Virus record (IMG/VR): IMGVR_UViG_3300022744_000022
Span: 17,933-81,932 of that record
DNA length: 64,000 nt
Direction: 5' to 3' (one strand)
Source of the DNA: a virus
The notes under the pieces were generated by a model, which worked only from the letters and a program-made list of their open reading frames with translations, was not told where the DNA came from and made no database searches. The number at the start of each line of letters is the position of its first letter. Position 1 is the first letter of the stretch. The position numbers were made by a program, and so were the translations under genes. Positions 46,737 through 55,045 of the stretch are shown in pieces.

Positions 46737-47864
46737 ATGGAACACGCGATACTTCTGCTTGCAATGTCGCTGGATGAAGCCAAGGCGAAACTTGGCTTTC
46801 CGCCCGGTAGCAACCCGAGCCCCCAAGAGGTCAAGGAAGCGTATCGGCGCAAGGCGCTTGAAGCGCACCCTGATCGTGGTGGGGACGAGGAAGCCATCAA
46901 GGAGATCAACGTCGCGAAGGACATCCTGGACGGCAAGGCTCGGCCGACCTACGACCGTCGCCCTTCGTCTCCAGGCCCTTCCAGGACCCCCTGGCCCACT
47001 GAGGAACAGCAACGCGGCAAGCCGTACGAGCAGCCCAAGAAGAAGGAAGTCTCGTTCGATGCTGCTCAGGCCAAGGCTGGGATCCCGAGCGGTGTGGAAT
47101 GGCAGTTTGTGACGCCGCCGCAGCGTGGCGTGGGCTACAGTTCGGACGAGTTCTACCGCAGTGACAACTGCTTCGTGGCCTACGGGCGTACGGACAGCAA
47201 GCACTGCTTCGTGGCGGCTCGGCATTTCGAGTACCAACAGTCCTTCATTGGGGCGGGTCCTGGCGAGGACACTTGGACCCTAAAGTCGTTCGAGTACCCC
47301 ATCAAGGACGAGTCCAAGGAGAGCCAGAACCCTGCGTGGCTCTACGGGAACGTGGTGCGGGCGCTCAAGGGCATAGACTTCAAGGGTAAATTCAACTCGA
47401 AGGTGCTCGACGCCAAGGGTTGGAAGCTTGGGGACAGGTTGCCAAACGGGGCCGCCACCTCGATCAAGCACTGGCTTGTGGGTAGCGGTCAAGTTGCGGG
47501 AGACGCCCCGTCAGTGGCGGGACGCAAGCAAGTTGTGGAGTTCCAGGTCGATAGCACGTTCATCGAGAAGCCGGGTTACTACGCAAACCCGAAGGCGACC
47601 TACAGCAGCGACTTCTACAAGATGACGCTCATCATCAACGGTCGTCCTTTCGAGTTGAGTGAGCGGGACACTTTGAAGTTCTTCACGGAGTTCAAGGGCG
47701 GCCTTCGCTGGATCTTCGGCGAGTATGCCTACCAAGGCGGCAAGAAGAACCTGACGCGCATGCCTAAGGGTAAGGCCACCCTTCAGTGGATGGCCCAGAA
47801 CTTTAGCCTGCCCCCTGATGCCCTGGCCAGTTTGCAGGCCGCCTCTGATCAGATGAAGGGTTGA
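46737..47864 (+). CDS. N-terminal J-domain protein
   Basis: EVKEAYRRKALEAHPDRGGDEEAIKEINVAKDIL. Confidence 0.85.
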   Translation: MEHAILLLAMSLDEAKAKLGFPPGSNPSPQEVKEAYRRKALEAHPDRGGDEEAIKEINVAKDILDGKARPTYDRRPSSPGPSRTPWPTEEQQRGKPYEQPKKKEVSFDAAQAKAGIPSGVEWQFVTPPQRGVGYSSDEFYRSDNCFVAYGRTDSKHCFVAARHFEYQQSFIGAGPGEDTWTLKSFEYPIKDESKESQNPAWLYGNVVRALKGIDFKGKFNSKVLDAKGWKLGDRLPNGAATSIKHWLVGSGQVAGDAPSVAGRKQVVEFQVDSTFIEKPGYYANPKATYSSDFYKMTLIINGRPFELSERDTLKFFTEFKGGLRWIFGEYAYQGGKKNLTRMPKGKATLQWMAQNFSLPPDALASLQAASDQMKG

Positions 47865-47869
47865 CCCCG

Positions 47870-48505
47870 ATGACGAATCCCGCGAAAGCATTTCAAGAAG
47901 CTCTGGAGCGTCAGGCGGCCGAAGCGGCCGATCAACGTTGGCAGTACAACTTCATCGGCGGCCAAAACCAGGTCACGATGATGGTGTCTGTTACCGCTGC
48001 CGAGGCCGACGGTTGGCGGGCAGACCTCGGTATTTCTGAGGGTGGTAAAGTGATCGATCACGGATCGATCAAAAGCGAATGGGCTAGGACGTTCGAGGGT
48101 GCCGTTTCTCTCGCCAAGAGCATGGCGAAGAAGGCTAAAATTACTTGGTCGCCCAAGCACTATTCGACCGCCAAGGATCACAAGCCAGGTGAGCCGCCTC
48201 CGGATGGGGTTAAGCGCCAAGCGTTCGAGCGGATCGCCAAGAACCTTGACCCCAAGGTCATCAAGCGTCTCCGCCGTATGACGCATGAGAACAACGCCTC
48301 GGAAGCCTACGTGGTGGGCGCTGAGGCGATTGGTGCGAAACACTTGGCCGAGAAGTTCAAGCTGATCCAGCAGCTCGTGAAGCTAGAGGGGCACAAGCCC
48401 TCAGGACTCAACGACTACCAGTACAGCTTGTACCAAGAGATGATGCACCAGGCGAAGCAGACGCTTGACGAGGCGGACTTCCAGGAGTTCTACCAGTCGT
48501 TCTGA
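47870..48505 (+). CDS. Hypothetical protein
   Basis: ORF in track (47861); ATG at 47870 more likely. Confidence 0.6.
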   Translation: MTNPAKAFQEALERQAAEAADQRWQYNFIGGQNQVTMMVSVTAAEADGWRADLGISEGGKVIDHGSIKSEWARTFEGAVSLAKSMAKKAKITWSPKHYSTAKDHKPGEPPPDGVKRQAFERIAKNLDPKVIKRLRRMTHENNASEAYVVGAEAIGAKHLAEKFKLIQQLVKLEGHKPSGLNDYQYSLYQEMMHQAKQTLDEADFQEFYQSF

Positions 48506-48523
48506 GGGCGCACTTCGGAACTT

Positions 48524-48529
48524 GGTGTA
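48524..48529 (+). promoter_or_regulatory. GGTGTA promoter-like motif (TCGGAACTTGGTGTAG)
   Basis: 9 nt before SD-less ATG 48539. Confidence 0.6.
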
Positions 48530-48538
48530 GACCGCCCC

Positions 48539-50344
48539 ATGGCGGCCCCCAAAGAAGATGTCGTAAGCAAGCACGAGAAGGCTTACGAGTTCCTAAAGCA
48601 GGTCCGGGCGAGCAAGACCGTTACGCTCAAGCCCACCGCTATGTTGCGGTCCGAGATCGTGGGGCTGGACGGGACGAGTCGCCCGCTCAAGATCCGGTAT
48701 TACCAGGTGCAGGCCATCATGCACCTCTTGACCATGAAGCGCATGGTCCTGGGGGACGCGACGGGCACGGGTAAAACGCTCGTCCTGATCGCCTCGCTTT
48801 GCTACGCCTGGGACAAGGAGCCCACTAACAAGGGCGTGGTGGTGTGCCCCAAATCGGCGCTCCGGCAGTGGGAAGCTGAAATCCTGAAGTTCGCGGTGGG
48901 CATCAAGACCTTTTTGGTAGACGGCACACCGGCGGAACGCAAGGAAGTGTACGAGGCCTTTCAGGCCCACCCCACGACCCCAGGGGGCGAGAAAGCGGTG
49001 CTCCTGATCGGATACGCCCCGTTGGTCCGGGACTGGAACCAGGGCTCTACTAGGCCCTTGCTGCCCAGCGGCCAGCCCAACATGAAGGTGCCCCAGACTC
49101 CCGGTTTGCTCTCGGGTATCATGGGGTCCATTCCGAACCTGACCGTTACGTTTGACGAGGCCACGGCGTTCAAGTCCACCAAGACCAAGACGTGGCAAGT
49201 CGCGAGCGAGCTGTCTGCGTACGCGAACCGTTGTTACGGCCTGACCGCGACCCTGTTGAAGAACAACCTGATCGAGGGCTTCGCGATTTTCAAGGTCATC
49301 TACCCGCAGGTCTTCACCACCGTCACGGCGTTCCACCGCGACTACTGCGTGACCAAAATGCAACCCGTGGGTGGGGGTCGGAAGATCCCCATCGTGGTTG
49401 GGTACCGGAATCTCGAAGCGTTCCGAGCCCGCATCGACATGTTCTTCTTGGGCCGGGCCAAACACCTGATCTCGGACGAGTTGCCCAAGCTCATCACCAA
49501 AGAGGTTCAGGTTGACCTGTCCGAGGCCGAAGACGCCAAGTACGTTGAGGCGCTGACCGGGATCCTCCAGTTGGGGGACGGGCAGATCAAGGACTATGAG
49601 GAACACAAGAAGCTTGTGGCCCTCATTTACTGCCAGCAGACCGTCGATTCGCTTTCGTTGCTCAAGTACAAGGAAGGCGACGCTCTTGAGCTAGGCCTCT
49701 ACCACGACGAAATCGTCGAGGTGGCGGGCGTCGGCTCAAAAGAGCAGGCGTTGCTGGATCTTCTGGCCGAGGAATTCGATGACGAGAAGGTGATCGTGTA
49801 CACACGCTTTGCCTCGCTTGTCCCGAGGCTCCAGGAGCTGTGCAAGAAGCAGGGGATTGAGTCGGTGGCGGTGACGGGCCAGGTGGTGGACACGAAGGCC
49901 AATCCGGCGCGTCAGAAGGCCCAGCAGGCCTTCCAGGACCTCAACTCGAAGGTCAGGGTCATCTTCATCACGGATGCGGGCTCGGAGGCCATCAACCTTC
50001 AAGCCGCTTCGGCCATGATTTTCTACAACGCCCCGTGGAGCTGGGGCAACTACGTGCAGCTTTTGGGTCGCCCGATCAGGATCGGGTCACCTCACCAGCA
50101 CGTGGTGGCGGTGCATCTTGTGGCCCAGCGCCCCAAAGCCAAGGGCAAAGAGCGGAAAACCATCGACCACTACACGTTGGCGATCCTCCAGAAGAAGAAG
50201 GACTTGATCGACAAGGTGCTCGGGGAGTCCGCTGTAGGGGCCCTGGACTTCGATTCTGGCGAGAGTTTCGCCCATTTGCTCATGGACGAGCTACAGAAGT
50301 CGGTCAAGGGTCCGCGTGGTGTAGCTAAGCCCCGTGCCACCTGA
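48539..50344 (+). CDS. SNF2-family (SF2) helicase/ATPase
   Basis: GDATGTGKT, VVCPKS, FDEAT, GLTAT, AGSEAINLQ, QLLGRPIRIG. Confidence 0.9.
   Translation: MAAPKEDVVSKHEKAYEFLKQVRASKTVTLKPTAMLRSEIVGLDGTSRPLKIRYYQVQAIMHLLTMKRMVLGDATGTGKTLVLIASLCYAWDKEPTNKGVVVCPKSALRQWEAEILKFAVGIKTFLVDGTPAERKEVYEAFQAHPTTPGGEKAVLLIGYAPLVRDWNQGSTRPLLPSGQPNMKVPQTPGLLSGIMGSIPNLTVTFDEATAFKSTKTKTWQVASELSAYANRCYGLTATLLKNNLIEGFAIFKVIYPQVFTTVTAFHRDYCVTKMQPVGGGRKIPIVVGYRNLEAFRARIDMFFLGRAKHLISDELPKLITKEVQVDLSEAEDAKYVEALTGILQLGDGQIKDYEEHKKLVALIYCQQTVDSLSLLKYKEGDALELGLYHDEIVEVAGVGSKEQALLDLLAEEFDDEKVIVYTRFASLVPRLQELCKKQGIESVAVTGQVVDTKANPARQKAQQAFQDLNSKVRVIFITDAGSEAINLQAASAMIFYNAPWSWGNYVQLLGRPIRIGSPHQHVVAVHLVAQRPKAKGKERKTIDHYTLAILQKKKDLIDKVLGESAVGALDFDSGESFAHLLMDELQKSVKGPRGVAKPRAT
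50318..50323 (+). promoter_or_regulatory. GGTGTA promoter-like motif
   Basis: 10 nt before SD-less GTG 50334. Confidence 0.5.
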
Positions 50345-51233
50345 GGTCAACAGTTCAAACTGCCCGCTCTGTAAAGGGGCCCAATGGTTGTACGAGACCA
50401 AGGGCGAGGAAGTGATCCCGACCCGGTGTCGGTGCTTGGAGCGGAAGCTTCTGCACGACTTCCTGGGCCCGGAAATCTATCGCGCTCCCTGGGTCCCGTC
50501 GTCCCTGTACAACATCACGACCAACGAGGCCGGGGAGGTCGCGGGGGACCGGACAGAGGAAAACCTGTTCCTCAAGGGTTCGTGGGCCGTGGTTTGCCAG
50601 CACCTTCATTGGGCGCTCTCAGCTAAGCGTCTGTATAGCCCTAGGTTCAACTTCAAGATCGTGGGCAACGACAAGCTCATGACAGTGTGGCTGGGTCTGG
50701 AGTCCTACACGCAACGGTCAACGGCGACTCGCAACGAGATCGAGACCAACAACAGCCTGGACGATCTTCTCGGCAACGCCGCTCTCGTGATCATCCGCCT
50801 CGATGGCCTTGAGCACCAGAACAAAGCGGCGGCCAACGTTCTGAAAGAGGCGCTCAAGGTCCGGGAATTTGGGTACAAACCTACGTGGCTTGCCGAGTGC
50901 GGCCGTCGGTTTGGGCCCGGGCACCCGTCCTACAATGAAGCGGTTGGGGACTACATCGAAGAACGCTTCGACATTGTGGATCTCAGCGACGAAGATCCTA
51001 AGACCAGAGCGCAGCAAGCAGCCCTGGATGCAGCGGCCCAAGACATTATGGAGTCCGGTGAGGTCTCGATGGGGGCCGATGTGGAAACGCCGCGTCTCGT
51101 GGACCCGCCAACTTCCAAGGAGCGCTTTTTTGCAGACCCCGAACCGGACCCTGAACCTGATTCTAGGCGTTACGTGCCAGGCGGTAAGGGTAAAAAACGC
51201 AACAAGGGCAAAGGCCAAGCGGAGCTTGAATAA
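50334..51233 (+). CDS. Degenerate DnaC/IstB-like helicase loader
   Basis: N-terminal CPLCKG...RCRC, NLFLKG where Walker A would be, LVIIRLD, R...KPTW; immediately upstream of DnaB. Confidence 0.55.
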   Translation: MPPEVNSSNCPLCKGAQWLYETKGEEVIPTRCRCLERKLLHDFLGPEIYRAPWVPSSLYNITTNEAGEVAGDRTEENLFLKGSWAVVCQHLHWALSAKRLYSPRFNFKIVGNDKLMTVWLGLESYTQRSTATRNEIETNNSLDDLLGNAALVIIRLDGLEHQNKAAANVLKEALKVREFGYKPTWLAECGRRFGPGHPSYNEAVGDYIEERFDIVDLSDEDPKTRAQQAALDAAAQDIMESGEVSMGADVETPRLVDPPTSKERFFADPEPDPEPDSRRYVPGGKGKKRNKGKGQAELE

Positions 51234-54004
51234 TGCCTAAGCGTCTACTTCGTTCCATCATCGAGTTCGATTCTGAGATCTCCTCGGAGAACCTCGTCCG
51301 TAACTTCCAACGTCTGCGGAAGGCCGTGGACGTTGGGCAGCTCGATTGGGGTCGTCCCGAAGACGAGAAGCTCTACAAGTACGCTCTCGGCTTCTTCATC
51401 CAGCACTTCGAGCTGCCGTCGGCTCAGACCTGCCTCGACTACTTTCAGAGCGTCAACAACGTTGAAGTCATCGAGCGTCTCAAGGATGTTCAGGTCGAGA
51501 AGCCGTACGCCCGCACGAACTTCGTGCATCTCTTGCGGACCCTGCAAGAGGATCAGGCCCGCCTAAAGGCCGTCGCGTTGCTCAAAGAGACGCACGAGAT
51601 CCTGGTCAAGGGGATTGAAGACAAGAAGTCTGGGGTGGTTCAGAAGGGCGTTGAAGACGCCATCCTGCACTTCACCAAGCGTTCGCAAGAGATCAGGGTC
51701 AACGACCACAACGTTCAGATCCACGGTGACATCCGGCAGGACGCTGAGCGGATGAAAGAGGAATACGCGACCGCTGAGAACGACAAGGGTAAGGTCATTG
51801 GCGTCCTGTCGGGCATCAACGAGCTGGATGAGTCTTGCAAGGGTGCCAAAAAGGGCGAGCTGTGGATGCACGCTGCATTTCCGGGCGAACTCAAGTGCGT
51901 TGCCGGGGATGCTACCCTTTTCGATCACGCAACCGGCAGGCTACGGACAGTTCGTGAGCTATTCGAGTCCGGAGATCTGCCTATTGTGACTGCGCTTGAC
52001 CGTGAAGGTGAAACCCACAAACTTGTGCAGGCCCAGACTTCGCACCTTGTTGAAAACGGGATCAGGGATGTTTACGAGTTATCGTTATCGTCTGGTCGAT
52101 CTCTTGGGGCGAGCAACAACCACAAAGTCTTCACCCCCAAGGGGTGGCAACAATTGGATGCGTTGAGTGTCGGTGATTGGGTGGCTGTGCCGTCCATCAT
52201 GCGAGCCGAACCGCCCAGAGCCTTCACAGATAGTGAGGTCAAAGCTGTTGGTTACTTAATTGGGGATGGTGCAGTAGACTACTACATCACCCTCACGAAC
52301 TCTTGCCAGGCTGTGCGAGAGGACTTCAAAGGCTGCCTTCGTGACTTTGGGCTGCAAGAAGGTGCGGCGGACTACATCACCCCTAACTTCACTGAGAACT
52401 TCCCGGAAGACAGGGCACCTTTCATCCGAGTTAGTCACAGCTCGGGGTTGGGGAGTGCCGCAGTCCCAACCTCAAGCCTACGCACGCTTCTGGAAGAGCT
52501 GGGGGTTTGGGGTTGCACGTCTCGCACAAAGCAAGTCCCTCAAGCGTTCTTAGGGCTTCCGGATGATCAGGTGGCGCTCTTTCTAGGTGCCCTTTGGGCA
52601 ACCGACGGATCGTGCCACACAGGGGATCATGAGCGTGAGGACCGGGAATCCTTGTGTTCGCGTAATGACATTTCTTACGCCTCGGTTAGCCGGGCCTTGT
52701 GTCTTGGGGTTCAATCTCTACTTCTGCGCCTTGGCATCCAGTCTACGGTTACAACGGTACAGACAACCTATCGAGGGGAACCCTACACGTTTTATTGTGT
52801 TCGTGTGGTAACCAACCCCTCGAAGCGGGTATTCGTAGAGCGGATCCAGGTCGCGGGTAAGGAAGATCGGTTTGCCGAACTTCAGCGTAGATTGCCCTCG
52901 ACAGACAACCGTCCTTTCCCAACTGACTTCATCCCGGAGGGTATGAAGATCCGCTGGGTTGGGGTGAACGGGGAACGGTGGCGTTACGCCACTAACACCA
53001 AAAACCGCCCGTCGGCGCAAGCAGACACACTACGTCTTTTTGCCACTGATCCGACTGTAGCGAAAGCCTTGGACGGGGACTTGGCATGGGAACAGGTGGC
53101 GTCTGTGCGGCTCCGTGGGCAGGAGATGACCTACGACCTTTCGGTCCCAGGGCACCACTCGTTTGTGGTGAACGACATCGTGACCCATAACACGATGCTT
53201 GCCTCGAACTGGTGCTACAACGCGGTCACTCGGTTCAAGAAGAATGTCGTGTATGTCTCGTTCGAGATGCCTCGCGATCAGATTCGCCGCAACATCTACA
53301 CGATCCACACTTCCAACGCCCGCTTCCTCAACCAAGGGTACCAAGGACTCGACTACCGTAACATTCGTGACGGTAACCTGACGAAGGCCGAGAAGGAGTT
53401 CTACTTCGACGGGGTGATCCCGGACTTCACCACAAACCCCACGTACGGCACGTTCGAGGTCGTGACCCCGGACCGTGAGTGGACCATGGAGGATGTGCGG
53501 TCTGAGCTTGAGCTTCTCCACAAGGAATTCGAGGTTGGGCTCGTGGTGCTCGACCACGGTCAGTGGATTGAGGCTAAGAAGACCAAGAAGAACAAGGACT
53601 ACACGATTGAGTTGAATTCCGTAATCACGGACGCTAAGCGGTTGGCTCTGAACTTTGATCACAACTCGGGCGTTCCTGTCTTGATGTTGTTCCAGATCAA
53701 CCGTACGGGCAAAACGGACGCGGACAAGAACGAGGGCGTCTACAAGATGAACGCCTTGACTTACGCGAACAACGCGGAGAAGACCGCTGACGTGATCACC
53801 ACCACGTACCTCAACACTGAGATGCGTGCCGCTGGGATGACCAAGTTCACGAACCTCAAGAATCGAGACAACCCGCTCTTTGACCCGTTTTCAGCCAACG
53901 TGAACTTTGGGTGGCGTCGTATCTCTAGCGGCAAGCGCATGGAGCCCCAGGGTTTTTCGGTGGACCACCATTCCTCGTATCTGGGCGCTACGGAACAGGT
54001 CTAA
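51233..54004 (+). CDS. dnaB: Replicative DnaB-like helicase containing an intein
   Basis: SGINELD...GAKKGEL, AAFPGELK|T Walker A, YVSFEM, VVLDHG, LFQINR, EKTADVI, KNRD. Confidence 0.88.
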   Translation: MPKRLLRSIIEFDSEISSENLVRNFQRLRKAVDVGQLDWGRPEDEKLYKYALGFFIQHFELPSAQTCLDYFQSVNNVEVIERLKDVQVEKPYARTNFVHLLRTLQEDQARLKAVALLKETHEILVKGIEDKKSGVVQKGVEDAILHFTKRSQEIRVNDHNVQIHGDIRQDAERMKEEYATAENDKGKVIGVLSGINELDESCKGAKKGELWMHAAFPGELKCVAGDATLFDHATGRLRTVRELFESGDLPIVTALDREGETHKLVQAQTSHLVENGIRDVYELSLSSGRSLGASNNHKVFTPKGWQQLDALSVGDWVAVPSIMRAEPPRAFTDSEVKAVGYLIGDGAVDYYITLTNSCQAVREDFKGCLRDFGLQEGAADYITPNFTENFPEDRAPFIRVSHSSGLGSAAVPTSSLRTLLEELGVWGCTSRTKQVPQAFLGLPDDQVALFLGALWATDGSCHTGDHEREDRESLCSRNDISYASVSRALCLGVQSLLLRLGIQSTVTTVQTTYRGEPYTFYCVRVVTNPSKRVFVERIQVAGKEDRFAELQRRLPSTDNRPFPTDFIPEGMKIRWVGVNGERWRYATNTKNRPSAQADTLRLFATDPTVAKALDGDLAWEQVASVRLRGQEMTYDLSVPGHHSFVVNDIVTHNTMLASNWCYNAVTRFKKNVVYVSFEMPRDQIRRNIYTIHTSNARFLNQGYQGLDYRNIRDGNLTKAEKEFYFDGVIPDFTTNPTYGTFEVVTPDREWTMEDVRSELELLHKEFEVGLVVLDHGQWIEAKKTKKNKDYTIELNSVITDAKRLALNFDHNSGVPVLMLFQINRTGKTDADKNEGVYKMNALTYANNAEKTADVITTTYLNTEMRAAGMTKFTNLKNRDNPLFDPFSANVNFGWRRISSGKRMEPQGFSVDHHSSYLGATEQV
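51896..53191 (+). mobile_element. Intein (432 aa) with LAGLIDADG homing endonuclease, inserted in DnaB Walker A
   Basis: Begins CVAGDA after GELK, ends VVNDIVTHN followed by T; block B ASNNHKVFT; LAGLIDADG motifs VGYLIGDG and FLGALWATDGS; block F TYDLSVPGHHSFVVN. Confidence 0.92.
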
Positions 54005-54648
54005 TGGCTCGGGACTATGAGCGTGAAGCGTATGCCGATCACGAGCGTGGTCTAGCGATCCAGGCATGGTTCAAGGCTCGTGTTGCCAACATCCACAAGC
54101 ACGTCTCGGCAGCCGACGTGCTGTCCCGTAACGGGGTGTCGCTTCGTAAGAGCGGTGGGCAGGAGGAACAGATCTCGTGTCCTTTCCACGGGGCTGACAA
54201 GAGGCCCTCGGCCCGCTACTTCCCAGAGCACGGGGACAGTCTCTCGCACGTTTGGTGCTTCGTGTGCCACAAGCGGTGGGACGCTGTTGGGCTATGGAAG
54301 CAGTTCACGGGCGAGACCAAGTTCTCAACCCTGCTCTTCAACCTAGAGAAGGCGTTTGGGATCACGGCCCCCGAGTACAACATCGCTCCAAGTCCTGAGG
54401 ATGAGTACGACCCGCTCAAAGAGGAAGTCGAGAAGTTGTTGGAGGCCTGCGAGAACCGGCTGCGTGAGTACAAGGATTCCTTTGACATGACCGCCCACTT
54501 GAAGGTCGGGTCCATCTTGGACCAGATCAGGTTCGGACTGGATCGGGGCGCAGTTACACTGCCGGAGGGTCGGGATCGGTTGCAGCAAGTTTTAGCGAAG
54601 ATTGGTCAAAAAGTACGTGCCGCGAAGACTTCGACTCCCGAGCGTTGA
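54004..54648 (+). CDS. CHC2 zinc-finger protein (primase zinc-binding domain, stand-alone)
   Basis: ISCPFHGADKRPS...VWCFVC; no TOPRIM domain in the ORF. Confidence 0.75.
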   Translation: MARDYEREAYADHERGLAIQAWFKARVANIHKHVSAADVLSRNGVSLRKSGGQEEQISCPFHGADKRPSARYFPEHGDSLSHVWCFVCHKRWDAVGLWKQFTGETKFSTLLFNLEKAFGITAPEYNIAPSPEDEYDPLKEEVEKLLEACENRLREYKDSFDMTAHLKVGSILDQIRFGLDRGAVTLPEGRDRLQQVLAKIGQKVRAAKTSTPER

Positions 54649-55045
54649 GATGGGTTTTCTGGAGCTGTACCTCATTTACGATGAGGGCGGCGTCTGGGAG
54701 ATGGAGTGGCGCGAGCTTCAAGGGGTGCTGGAGCTTCCGGTGGTGAGCAAGGAGAACATGGACCATGCACTGCATGGTTGGACCCGACCCCTGGTAGACG
54801 CTTTGGGGCCGCCCCCCAAGGGCATGTTGTTGAAGCTTCCGAAGACTGCCCGGCGATGTGCGCACGAAGCGACCTGCCCGTTCTACGACAAACGGCGGTG
54901 CGAGATTTTCCACGCGAAACTTCCGTGGTGTTTTGAGGCGGCCGGTCTGGCGGCTCCGAAACTTGTGGCCGAAGTGATCAAGCTGTGGCGGCAAGAGGTG
55001 TACGTGATGCTCGTAAGGGAGCCGCCGGATGCCTCAAGTGGATGA
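54617..55045 (+). CDS. Hypothetical Cys-containing protein
   Basis: ORF between primase Zn finger and polymerase; C...CPFY...C...C; start uncertain (54602 or 54617). Confidence 0.6.
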   Translation: MPRRLRLPSVEMGFLELYLIYDEGGVWEMEWRELQGVLELPVVSKENMDHALHGWTRPLVDALGPPPKGMLLKLPKTARRCAHEATCPFYDKRRCEIFHAKLPWCFEAAGLAAPKLVAEVIKLWRQEVYVMLVREPPDASSG

